A DNA stretch of 64,000 nucleotides from an uncultured Desulfosarcina sp. GTDB taxonomy: Bacteria; Desulfobacterota; Desulfobacteria; Desulfobacterales; Desulfosarcinaceae. A program made the position numbers and the translations under genes. Every line of letters begins with the position of its first letter. Positions within the stretch are counted from its first letter, which is position 1. The DNA lies in assembly GCA_963674945.2 (NCBI GenBank), contig CAXXWQ010000003.1, positions 1,184,001-1,248,000 of the forward strand, given 5' to 3'. The notes beneath the pieces are model-generated. The model was not told the DNA's origin, made no database searches, and worked only from the letters and a program-made list of their open reading frames with translations. Positions 9,700 to 19,095 of the stretch are shown here, piece after piece.

Positions 9700-11265
9700 G
9701 TACGCATTCACAGGGTAACACCCATTGGATTAAATCCAGGAAAGGTTTGGCTCTAAATTTCGAAAATAGGAAGTAATGCACTCCACGAGAAAAGGAAAAG
9801 TCTGCTTTGCTTGTAAGCGACAGGTTTCTTTCAGTGACAATATCCGCTCAACCCAACGGTTTCCTTTCTCGCTTTGGGTGCCAAGGCTTCGTTTCCGCCA
9901 CAATACACCAAAGCGTAGCGCTCTTTCGGCACGATTGTTTGTGGGATCGACGCCCTTGTGATCCATAAACACCCATAGGTTGTTCATTTCCCGGATGATC
10001 TGCCGAGCGAGTTTTCCTGCATCCGTTTTATCGGGTTCCCAAAGGGACACGGTAAACAAGAAGAATGTATAAAAATCCGACCATTGCTTTGGGTCGGGTG
10101 GCTCTTTGGCAAACGATACCAGTTGTCTCAACCAAGCGGCGACGATTTCTCCGAAGCGACGTAAATCCGGCTTCTTTCTCTCCGCCAGAGAATCGGCCTT
10201 ACGGATTAGATGAGCCAGGCACGTCTGGCGGTGAACCCATTTTTGATACAGGCCGTAACCGTCGCTGACCAGAATGCCGTTCCAGTCCTGGATGAGTGCT
10301 TCGAAAGCCACCTTGGAGCGATGCGGGTCTATGCGATAGAAAGCAACCCGCTCGTTGACCATGGCCCACAGCCAGTGCAGATCGTTTTCTGTAAACCAGG
10401 AGGTCTCATCGATATAATTGCACCAGAAACTTCTGGCGATACCCCCGATACGTTCATACACAGGCAAAATCGCCATTGAAGTGCGGTCAACGATTTTTTG
10501 GATCGTCCCCGTAGCAATGGGAATGTCTAACACAGAGTCGCATAACTGCTTTACGTCCATTCGGCTCATCCCTTTAATACCGCTTAATTCACCAACAAAT
10601 GCGGTAAATCGGGGACCGTATCCGCTCGACAGGGCAGATGGCAGCTTGGCTTTGACAACCTTCCCGCAATTGGGGCAATCGCACTTGTGCAGAATATAGT
10701 GGCTGACTTCCATTTCGATTTTGGGAAGTTCGATCTGTTGATGGGTGTAAAAAGGCTTCATCTTTTCCTGATCGAACACCGAATGACCACAACTGCAGCA
10801 TTTTGGCATCAACGAATGTTGCTTTGTCGGCTCGAGCAGTTGTTGCTGGTGCGGTTTGTGTCCTTTTTGTCCGCCTTTGGATCGCTTGCTCTTTTTCTGT
10901 TTTCTTTTCTGCTTGCTAAAAGGCGGATCGGATGAGGGCGGTTTACTGGAATTACGAGAATTCATTTTGGTCTGGACTTCAAGTTTCTCTATGCGTTTTT
11001 CATGGGTCTCAACCCATTTTTGCATATCATGAAGCGCCTGTTCCAGATATAGGATGTAATTTCTCACCGCCTCTGGTGTCAGTTGCCAATCGAGTTCTGA
11101 AAATGGTCTTTTGAGTGCCATGAAAAGCACTCTAACATAGTTAAAAGAAAAAATCTAGATTTATTTTAAATTATTTCAGGCAGTTACGGTGCACACAATT
11201 TATGCTTTGTTTTCAATGGGTTAAAGGCCATGATGTCAGCCCTAAAATGCCCCGTGAACGGTTAC
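9700..11265 (-). mobile_element. IS66-family insertion sequence (single-ORF, ISBst12-like), 1566 bp
   Basis: Imperfect terminal IRs GTACGCATTCACAGGG / GTAACCGTTCACGGGG (12/16); 8-bp direct repeat TGGTTATG at 9692-9699 and 11266-11273. Confidence 0.9.
9730..11121 (-). CDS. IS66 family transposase
   Basis: NSRNSSKPPSSD, CxC...CPNCG zinc ribbon, IDETSW, LVSDGY, QTCLAHLIR, TNNRAERALR. Confidence 0.93.
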   Translation of the reverse strand: MALKRPFSELDWQLTPEAVRNYILYLEQALHDMQKWVETHEKRIEKLEVQTKMNSRNSSKPPSSDPPFSKQKRKQKKSKRSKGGQKGHKPHQQQLLEPTKQHSLMPKCCSCGHSVFDQEKMKPFYTHQQIELPKIEMEVSHYILHKCDCPNCGKVVKAKLPSALSSGYGPRFTAFVGELSGIKGMSRMDVKQLCDSVLDIPIATGTIQKIVDRTSMAILPVYERIGGIARSFWCNYIDETSWFTENDLHWLWAMVNERVAFYRIDPHRSKVAFEALIQDWNGILVSDGYGLYQKWVHRQTCLAHLIRKADSLAERKKPDLRRFGEIVAAWLRQLVSFAKEPPDPKQWSDFYTFFLFTVSLWEPDKTDAGKLARQIIREMNNLWVFMDHKGVDPTNNRAERALRFGVLWRKRSLGTQSEKGNRWVERILSLKETCRLQAKQTFPFLVECITSYFRNLEPNLSWI

Positions 11266-11416
11266 TGGTTATGAAAGGATGTTGTTCATCCTGGTGGCCG
11301 CCGCCGGTTCCGTGGTGTGAATCGTCTCTCTTTATCGTCGAAACCGTAACCGAGTGCACCGACTGTGAATGGATAATATGATGCAGACGCAAAAAGAGAA
11401 CCGACGGGAAGCATCG

Positions 11417-13975
11417 ATGAAAACGAAGCTGACGGCATGGATGGGTCCGTTTCTCGGAGCAGTCCTGTTCTCCGTGGCCGTCTGGGTTCTGCACCGGGAA
11501 CTGGCGGCCTATCACTTCAAGGATATTGTCCATCAGATCAGCCTCATCCCCGTCTCGCGCGTGGCCGTTGCCCTGTTGTTGACCATTGTGGGCTACGGCA
11601 TCATGACCCTTTACGATCTTCTGGCCCTGCGATACCTGAAACATATGCTGGAATATGCCAAGATCGCCCTGGCCGCATTTGTCGGCGCCGCCTTCAGCAA
11701 CAACATCGGGTTCTCCATGATCGCCGGTGCGTCGGTGCGCTATCGGTTGTATACCAACTGGGGGCTCTCTTCCCTGGAAATCACCAAGGTGGTCTTTTTC
11801 TGCTCCCTGACCTTGTGGTTGGGATTTTTGAGCCTCGGCGGGGTGGTCTTTTTCCTGGTCCCCCTGACCCTGCCGGACCAGCTACATCTGCACGCTCTTT
11901 CCACTCACTTTATCGGACTATTGATGGCGCTTCCCGTGGCAGCATATCTGGTGGCGGGATTTTTTATAAAGACACCCCTGCACCTGCGCGATTGGCAACT
12001 CAACGTGCCTGGCTGGCGGACCGGTCTTCTGCAGGTTTTCGTGGGCGCGGCGGACTGGCTGCTCGCCGGCAGCGTACTGATCGCCTTGCTGCCACCGTCC
12101 GACCGTTTATCCCTGCCGCTGGTTCTGGGAATGTACCTTTTGGCCCAGTTGGCCGGACTGGTCAGCCAGGTTCCGGGGGGCGTAGGTGTGTTCGAAACGG
12201 CCTTCCTGCTCCTGATCGGCGACCGCTTGCCCGCTGAAACGGTCATGGGCGCATTGTTTACCTTCAGAATCATCTACTACCTCACCCCCCTTGCACTTTC
12301 GGCCCTGCTGCTGGGCGGCACCGAGATCCTTTTGCACCGGGAATCGGCGAAAAAGCTGGCCGCGAGTTATCATCGTTGGAGCGGCCCGTTGGTACCGCCG
12401 GTTCTGGCCTTTAGCACCTTCATCGCCGGGGCGGTCCTGCTCTTCTCCGGAGCGACTCCGGCCCTGGACTACCGTCTGGAATGGCTCAAGCAGGCGATCC
12501 CGCTTTCCCTGCTGGAAGTCTCACACCTTTCGGGCAGTATCATCGGCATGGGCCTGTTGCTGCTGGCCCGGGGACTCCAGCGCCGTCTCAACGGTGCCTA
12601 TTGGGTCACGGTAATCCTGCTGGGCGCGGGAATGGCCGCCTCCCTGTGCAAAGGCCTGGATTTCGAAGAGGCGCTTTTACTGGTGATCCTGTTGGCGGCC
12701 CTTTTGCCAAACCGGCGTTATTTTTACCGGCACACCTCCCTGCTCTACCAGCGCTTTACACCGGCCTGGATGGCAGCCATTGGTATGGTCGTCGTCGGTT
12801 CCCTCTGGCTGGGCATATTCTCTTACAAACACGTGGAATACCAGGGAGAATTATGGTGGCAATTCGCTTTTTATGCCCATGCGCCCCGTTTCCTGCGGGC
12901 CTCGGCCGGAGCCGCGGCCGTGCTGCTGCTCTTTGCCGTGGGCAGGCTGCTGCGGCCTGCCCGCCCCCGGCCCGGCCCTGTCAGTGCCGAAGATATGGAA
13001 ACCGTGGTCCGCATCGTCAAGAGCGATGCGGCAACCACCGCCAATCTGGCCCTGTTGGGAGACAAAGCATTTCTTCTCAATCCGGAAAACAGTGCCTTTA
13101 TCATGTATGCGGTGCAGGGCCGCAGCTGGGTGGCCATGGGAGATCCCGTGGGGCCCCAGGACGCTTGGCAAGAGCTGATCTGGCGGTTCCGCGAACAATC
13201 GGACCGGTTCGGCGGGTGGGCACTGTTCTATCAGGTGGCGCCGGAGGGACTGTCCTATTACCTGGATCTGGGACTCACCCTGACCAAACTGGGAGAAACC
13301 GCCCGCGTTCCGATAGACAGCTTTTCATTGGAGGGCAGCCATCGCAAGGGACTGCGATACACCCAACGCAAGATGGAAAAGGAGGGACTCTCCATGGAAG
13401 TGCTGCCCGCCGATCAAGCCATGGCGCAGTTCGATTCCCTCGAGCGGATTTCCGATGCCTGGCTGACCGAAAAAAACACACATGAAAAAGGATTCTCCCT
13501 CGGTCGTTTCAGTAGGGATTATTTACGCCATTTTGACGTGGCGATTGTCAAAAAACGCGATGCCGTCGTCGCTTTCGCAAATCTCTGGAAGGGAGCGGAC
13601 AACGCCGAACTCTCCATGGACCTGATGCGCTATGATCCAACCGCGGCACCGGGTGGCGTGATGGATTATCTTTTCATCGAACTGATGCTATGGGGCAGGG
13701 AAAAGGGGTATGGATGGTTCGATCTGGGCATGGCGCCGCTCTCCGGTCTGGCCGATCGCTCCCTGGCGCCGCTGTGGAACCGCCTGGGCGGGTTTCTATC
13801 GCGCCACGCCGGTCATTTCTACAATTTCGAGGGATTGCGCCAGTACAAGGATAAATTCGATCCGGTGTGGGAGCCACGCTATCTGGCGTCTCCCGGGGGC
13901 CTGGCACTGCCGGTGATTATTGCCCAACTGGTCCAGTTGATTTCCGGTGGAATCAAGGCAACCATCGCCAAATGA
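11417..13975 (+). CDS. mprF: bifunctional aminoacyl-phosphatidylglycerol flippase/synthase MprF
   Basis: Large TM domain (SQVPGGVGVFE), C-terminal EKGFSLG, DLMRY, LGMAPLSG, YNFEGLRQYKDKF. Confidence 0.93.
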   Translation: MKTKLTAWMGPFLGAVLFSVAVWVLHRELAAYHFKDIVHQISLIPVSRVAVALLLTIVGYGIMTLYDLLALRYLKHMLEYAKIALAAFVGAAFSNNIGFSMIAGASVRYRLYTNWGLSSLEITKVVFFCSLTLWLGFLSLGGVVFFLVPLTLPDQLHLHALSTHFIGLLMALPVAAYLVAGFFIKTPLHLRDWQLNVPGWRTGLLQVFVGAADWLLAGSVLIALLPPSDRLSLPLVLGMYLLAQLAGLVSQVPGGVGVFETAFLLLIGDRLPAETVMGALFTFRIIYYLTPLALSALLLGGTEILLHRESAKKLAASYHRWSGPLVPPVLAFSTFIAGAVLLFSGATPALDYRLEWLKQAIPLSLLEVSHLSGSIIGMGLLLLARGLQRRLNGAYWVTVILLGAGMAASLCKGLDFEEALLLVILLAALLPNRRYFYRHTSLLYQRFTPAWMAAIGMVVVGSLWLGIFSYKHVEYQGELWWQFAFYAHAPRFLRASAGAAAVLLLFAVGRLLRPARPRPGPVSAEDMETVVRIVKSDAATTANLALLGDKAFLLNPENSAFIMYAVQGRSWVAMGDPVGPQDAWQELIWRFREQSDRFGGWALFYQVAPEGLSYYLDLGLTLTKLGETARVPIDSFSLEGSHRKGLRYTQRKMEKEGLSMEVLPADQAMAQFDSLERISDAWLTEKNTHEKGFSLGRFSRDYLRHFDVAIVKKRDAVVAFANLWKGADNAELSMDLMRYDPTAAPGGVMDYLFIELMLWGREKGYGWFDLGMAPLSGLADRSLAPLWNRLGGFLSRHAGHFYNFEGLRQYKDKFDPVWEPRYLASPGGLALPVIIAQLVQLISGGIKATIAK

Positions 13976-14030
13976 AATAATGGGTAATCGAGATGATGAA
14001 CAATCCAATGATTAAGTATTTCTTTTTGGC

Positions 14031-14153
14031 GCTGGTGGCGATATCCCCGAACACCACTCCCAACGCCGCGACGGCAAGCTTGACCAGTCGGCCGTCGGTT
14101 TTGTTTGGGGACTTTTCTCCTGCGGTCTTCTCCGGATTGGGAGTATTATTCAT
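14031..14153 (-). pseudogene. kup: KUP/HAK K+ transporter 5' remnant
   Basis: LAVAALGVVFGDIATS is the Kup N-terminal signature; similarity stops before the expected PLY. Confidence 0.75.
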
Positions 14154-14625
14154 TTCGGTTCGCTGATAACTGTTTTATCAGATTCAATATCTCTTGATTG
14201 GAAGGTATATCGGCCATCGAATGGCCGTAATGCACATATCGGAGCATGCCGGATGTATCAACGAGCATCTGTGCCGGCATTCTCCCCAGCTTGAAAATTG
14301 CGACCTTCTGGCCATATAACTTCAGAACAACGTGTTCCGGGTCTGGCAGCCCGATAAACGGCAAATCTTCATTTATCCAGTATTTTTCAAATGACTCGGC
14401 ATTTTCCGGTCCAACAACAACGATTTCCGTATTCAATTTGACGAAACGTTTATAGTCCTGGCGCAACTGCGCCATATGCCTTTGGCAAAACGGTCAGAAA
14501 AAACCACGGTTCAGGACCACCAGAACATTTTTTCTCTTTCTATAATCAGAGAGTGATACGCGGTTTCCATGAAAATCCGGCAGCGTAAATTCCGGAGCAT
14601 GGGTGTTCAGTTCGACTCTGGGCAT
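14146..14625 (-). CDS. peroxiredoxin-like (AhpC/TSA) selenoprotein with UxxC motif
   Basis: MPRVELNTHAPEFTLPD...RGFF-TGA-PFCQRHMAQL; in-frame TGA at 14494-14496 followed by a SECIS-like hairpin; SD AGGGGA. Confidence 0.88.
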
Positions 14626-14859
14626 GATCGTCCCCTTTCCCTGGATGCCGTTGAAGGACCATCGTTAATGTAACAATTTCTTCGAAAAACAACCAGCATC
14701 ACAAATGGAAACCGGAACTTCTTAAAAGGAGGCAACCAACGGATCTTACGTGTACAATAAAATTTTGAAACCCTTTGCGCATCTCCTGGTGACGATTGGG
14801 ATTGTTGCAGGCCGTAAAGCCGATCATCAGAAAACCAATTGATAGGATTTGGTAGAAAA

Positions 14860-15108
14860 TTAATCGAATACAGCTAAACCACATACCGGAGACCCATAGC
14901 GTAAAATACAGTTTTTGTCTTCAGCCATCGCCTGTTGCCATTTGACTTCCGCCAGACAGATAGACCGCGGCTGATCTTCATGGAGTGTATCTGTTGTTGC
15001 CGGAGGATAGCGTAAAATCCGCATAAAAATAATGGCTCCCGGGTGAAACGGCCGGGTTGTCTCGATATATGACCCGTTCCTGCAAAAGTTACGCATAACT
15101 TCCTTCAC
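14860..15108 (-). pseudogene. PilZ-like domain fragment
   Basis: NFCRNGSYIET..., LAEVKW...RYG; N-terminal RxxxR and a clear start are missing. Confidence 0.45.
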
Positions 15109-15199
15109 GCAACGCGCGTCGCCGCTGCTGGTATGGATGGTTAAAATTCCGGTTCTATACAGTGTAAGGAGCAGGTTGGGGAACCGAAAAATTCTAAGA

Positions 15200-15214
15200 G
15201 CAAGCCTTGTGCCA
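15200..15214 (-). promoter_or_regulatory. sigma54 promoter toward PilZ remnant and Prx selenoprotein
   Basis: Minus strand TGGCACAAGGCTTGC, full consensus. Confidence 0.75.
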
Positions 15215-15384
15215 TGCTATCAGTGTAATAGTCATCGATTCATCGACGTCGGCAAATGAATTGATTGTGGATATGACTTGAACACCTTTTGCATTTCAAA
15301 AAAAAGTGATCGGATCCGGACCCGAAAGGCACAATTGCCCTGAAGGAACATTACTGGGGACAGACAGCAAAAAGCGGTAATGGT

Positions 15385-15406
15385 ATGTCCGATTTTATTC
15401 GGACAT
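15385..15406. promoter_or_regulatory. palindromic putative enhancer (bEBP binding site)
   Basis: ATGTCCGA-N6-TCGGACAT between two divergent sigma54 promoters; degenerate copy near 15418. Confidence 0.55.
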
Positions 15407-15562
15407 CGAGACGTTATATGTCCAGTTTTATCCGAATTTTCGTTAGAGTTTTACAGACTGTAAAACTTCATGACAAGAAATCATGCTTTTCGATATTTTC
15501 ACCACGCATGTAAGGGATAAAGGAATAGCGAACCGTTGCGTTCATTTAGTACTTTCTCAAGG

Positions 15563-15577
15563 TGGCATTTTTCTTGC
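15563..15577 (+). promoter_or_regulatory. sigma54 promoter upstream of ferritin
   Basis: TGGCATTTTTCTTGC. Confidence 0.7.
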
Positions 15578-15821
15578 TTTTTCTTTCCTGATTTATATAA
15601 TACGGACCTACCAAAATCATTATACGGCAGCTTTCGAGAGTCCGGAACAATAACTGCAATGCATTTCGAATCGATCTTCCCATCGTCAGATACGGTCGTG
15701 ACCGATTGTGTGGATTTCTAAACACATGGCCATTCGGATTCTCAATCAACAGCCGTTTGGATAGAGATGTCAATCACCCGACCTTATCTATTCCATCCCA
15801 AGCATTTGAAAGGAGACGCCA

Positions 15822-16379
15822 ATGATTAGCGAAAAAATGAACCAGGTCTTGAACGAGCAGATCAACCGGGAGATGTATTCGGCCTACCTGTACATGGCCA
15901 TGTCTGCCCACTGCACCCGGATTGGCCTCAAGGGGTTTGCCAACTGGTTTATGGTCCAGTACCATGAGGAAATGTTGCATGCCATGAAGATATTCGAGTA
16001 CGTCCAGCGCCAGGGCGCACGCGTCACCCTGGCCGCCATTCAGGAACCGCCTGCGGACTTCGAATCCCCTCTGGACATGTTCTCCAAGACCCTGACCCAC
16101 GAACAGTTTATCACAAAGTCCATCAACGATCTCATGGAGGTGGCCATTTCCGAAAAGGATCACGCAACCCAGATCTTTCTGGAATGGTATGTGACCGAAC
16201 AGGTGGAAGAGGAGGAGAACGACAACGATATCATCGCGCAACTCAAATTCATCAAGGACAATCCCCAGGCGCTGATGATGCTGGACCGGGAACTGGCCGG
16301 CCGTATGACCACGGTGCCCACGGATTTCAGCAAAGGCGTCCAGGCGGCCATGGATGCCGCGGCCGCACCGGCTCCTTAA
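15822..16379 (+). CDS. ftnA: non-heme ferritin
   Basis: LNEQINREMYSAYLY, EEMLHA, HEQFIT, WYVTEQVEEE ferroxidase residues. Confidence 0.95.
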   Translation: MISEKMNQVLNEQINREMYSAYLYMAMSAHCTRIGLKGFANWFMVQYHEEMLHAMKIFEYVQRQGARVTLAAIQEPPADFESPLDMFSKTLTHEQFITKSINDLMEVAISEKDHATQIFLEWYVTEQVEEEENDNDIIAQLKFIKDNPQALMMLDRELAGRMTTVPTDFSKGVQAAMDAAAAPAP

Positions 16380-16401
16380 TAAGGAAAAAGGGGCAACCAC
16401 G

Positions 16402-18120
16402 ATGATGCCGAAGCGGAAACGAACCGGTGTGCTTTTCCTCTTGCTGCTTTTATTTTCGGCGAGACCGTCACTTTTGGAAGCCGGCGTCGCCGACGCGCTC
16501 AATGCCGAGCATCTCTATGTATCGGGTCGTATCACCAATACCCACGGCGAGGGGATTGAGAGGGCCGTGGTGTCGGTTGCCGTGAACGGAAACGGGATGC
16601 CCGTCGAGGAAAGTGTCACGACCGATGAGAACGGCCGCTTTGAAATCAAAATGCTTTTTCCGACAGGGCGTCTGCCCGGCGCCAGGATTCTTCTGGAGGC
16701 CAGGAAGCCTTCCTATGCGCCATCCGTTCGGTTTGCATTGAGTCCCGTGCGGGCGGAGATTCGTGAACTCGGCAGCGCTGTATTTCTTGCCGAGGCGAAT
16801 TTCAGCTTGCGAAGAGTGGCCTCGCCGGCGCTCTGGGTTTCCGCCATCGTCCTGCTGATGGTTTACGTGATGATCGGGTTCGAACTGGTCCACCGTTCCC
16901 TGGCCGCCCTGGCCGGCGCCGCCCTCCTTTTGGGATGCACGTACCTCGTGGGACCCTTTTTCCCTGAATTCAGGATTATCACCTTCGAGACCGCGGCGCG
17001 GGCAGTGGATATGAATGTGATCCTTCTGCTTTTTTCCATGATGATCATCGTCGGCATCAGCGAAAGGACCGGCATGTTCCAATGGATGGCCCATCAGTGC
17101 TACCGCCTTGCCGGCGGTCGGGTGTGGCTTTTATCCGCCATGTTGATGACCGCAACGGCCGTCACCTCCGCTTTTCTGGACAATGTCACCACCATGCTGC
17201 TTATCGTCCCCGTCACACTTCAGATTGCGCAAGCCCTTGCAATCAAACCCGTTTCCCTGCTTTTGCCACAGGTGTTCGCATCCAATGTCGGCGGTACGGC
17301 CACCCTCATCGGTGATCCGCCGAATATCATGATCGGATCCTACACCGGTCTTACCTTTCTCGACTTCGGCAAGAATCTGGGACTCCCTATCCTGATCGTT
17401 TTTGGAGCCACCGTTGCCTTTTTCCTGTTCTATTACCGAAAGGACTATCGTTTTGCCGGCGCTGGCAACGGCAAACTTGCCGGCAGCTTTTCCATACTGG
17501 ACCGTCGGCTCTTGCTCCTATCGATGATTTTCCTGGCGATGACCATCTTGCTGTTTGTTTTGCACGGTACCCTCAAGATGGAACCGAGCATCGCCGCACT
17601 CATCGGTGCAGCGATGCTGCTCATCACCAGCCGGGTGAATCTGGCCGAATTGCTGGAAACCAAGATCGAATGGTCCGCCCTGGTTTTTTTTGCCGCACTC
17701 TTCACGGTCATCGCCGCGGCACAGGAGAGCGGTCTGATCCAATTGATCGCCGACGGCGTCAAATCCGTCTCCGGTGATTCCCTGGTCATCGCCGTTCTCA
17801 TGGTGTTATGGGTATCGGCCATCGCTTCCGCGATCATCGACAACATTCCCTATACGGCAACCATGCTTCCGGTTGTGGCCTATCTTTCATCCACCGTTCC
17901 GGGAGCCAGACACGGTATTCTTTGGTGGGCACTGGCCATGGGGGCCTGCCTGGGGGGAAACGGCACCATGATCGGCGCCAGCGCCAACGTGGTCACCGTA
18001 GGACTGGCCGAAAAGGCCGGCCACCGGATTACCTTCATGGCATACCTGAGAGTCTGTCTGGTCCCCATGGTGATTTCCATTGGAATCAGCACAATCTGGC
18101 TGCTGGTCATGATCCGATAA
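16402..18120 (+). CDS. ArsB/NhaD/SLC13-type ion permease with N-terminal periplasmic beta-sandwich
   Basis: SAFLDNVTT, SNVGGTATLIGDPPNI, GGNGTMIGASAN; signal peptide and carboxypeptidase-regulatory-like N-domain. Confidence 0.88.
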   Translation: MMPKRKRTGVLFLLLLLFSARPSLLEAGVADALNAEHLYVSGRITNTHGEGIERAVVSVAVNGNGMPVEESVTTDENGRFEIKMLFPTGRLPGARILLEARKPSYAPSVRFALSPVRAEIRELGSAVFLAEANFSLRRVASPALWVSAIVLLMVYVMIGFELVHRSLAALAGAALLLGCTYLVGPFFPEFRIITFETAARAVDMNVILLLFSMMIIVGISERTGMFQWMAHQCYRLAGGRVWLLSAMLMTATAVTSAFLDNVTTMLLIVPVTLQIAQALAIKPVSLLLPQVFASNVGGTATLIGDPPNIMIGSYTGLTFLDFGKNLGLPILIVFGATVAFFLFYYRKDYRFAGAGNGKLAGSFSILDRRLLLLSMIFLAMTILLFVLHGTLKMEPSIAALIGAAMLLITSRVNLAELLETKIEWSALVFFAALFTVIAAAQESGLIQLIADGVKSVSGDSLVIAVLMVLWVSAIASAIIDNIPYTATMLPVVAYLSSTVPGARHGILWWALAMGACLGGNGTMIGASANVVTVGLAEKAGHRITFMAYLRVCLVPMVISIGISTIWLLVMIR

Positions 18121-18316
18121 ACACTTCACACCCGACATGAAGGCACCAACCGAGGCCATCGCTTGAGTAAGAGAATGAAATTTCAATATTTTACTTCTTT
18201 GTTTTTTACGTTTCCCTTGGTAATTTTTATTGCACGTTTCCAAAAGCCGCCACCACTAATGGAGAAACTGTAAAAAGAAATTATTTCGATATTGTTCGGA
18301 AGATAAAGGTGATGAA

Positions 18317-18592
18317 TTGGGTTCATTGGTGATCATCAAAGAGCTGCTGACATGGCGGGCTGCCGTTGACATCCTGCTGATTACGGCACTGCTGTTCTTT
18401 TTGTACCACACATTGCTTCGCTTGGGAACATGGGCCATATTCACCGGTATTTTGCTGGCCATGGCCTTTTTTTCGTTGCCAATTTTCTCGACCACCGTGT
18501 TTTGCAAGATCATCGCACCACCGGCAATTCAACCGGTGGACAAACGCTGGCCGGATGTCCAGGTCACGGTCGAAGTTTCACCCATCCCGTGA
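18317..18592 (+). pseudogene. internally deleted diadenylate cyclase (CdaA-like) remnant
   Basis: WRAAVDILLI..LFFLY..L..GTW resembles the CdaA TM N-terminus; frameshift, then a short soluble tail; no DGA/RHR catalytic domain. Confidence 0.55.
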
Positions 18593-18643
18593 TTTGCGGT
18601 AAATCAAACATTTGTTGTTGTCCAACACAAAGGGAGACGAATC

Positions 18644-19090
18644 ATGTTTACGAAAATCCTTTTCCCCACCGACTTTTCAGACAATGCGCAGCGGGCGGTA
18701 GCGTATATCAAACAATTGAAGGAGGCGGGAAGCCAGGAGGTGGTGCTGCTGCACGTCATCAACCAGCGCATTATCGACGGGTTGACCCGCCATGGCGTGT
18801 TGGAAACCGACGCTGAGAAGTGGAAAAAAGGCGTCAAGGCCGTTGCCGAGGAATCCCTGGGTGAGATCGGTAATTCCTTGGAGAAAGTCGGTTTCTCGGT
18901 CAAACGCATTATCAAAACCGGTTATCCCTCGAGCGTTATTCTTGATTTTGAAAAGCAGGAGAAGCCGTCGATTATCGTCGTCGGTTCCCATGGCCGCTCG
19001 AATCTCACCGACATGCTGTTGGGATCCGTATCCGATCGGGTGATTCGAAAATCCAAGTGTCCGGTGCTGGTGGTCAAACGAGACGACTAA
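18644..19090 (+). CDS. universal stress protein
   Basis: KILFPTDFS...IVVGSHGRS...LGSVSDRVIR. Confidence 0.93.
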   Translation: MFTKILFPTDFSDNAQRAVAYIKQLKEAGSQEVVLLHVINQRIIDGLTRHGVLETDAEKWKKGVKAVAEESLGEIGNSLEKVGFSVKRIIKTGYPSSVILDFEKQEKPSIIVVGSHGRSNLTDMLLGSVSDRVIRKSKCPVLVVKRDD

Positions 19091-19095
19091 AAAAA

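Larger units (their letters stand above)
9590..11320 (+). pseudogene. DedA-family remnant interrupted by IS66 element
   Basis: GYLAAVLGTFLEG/(frameshift)ETILILAGLAAHQ left of the IS; ILVAAAGSVV* right of it. Confidence 0.6.

Noticed and set aside
18218..18233. sigma54-like TGGTAATTTTTATTGC
   Set aside because: GG-to-GC spacing is 11 nt, not the required 10
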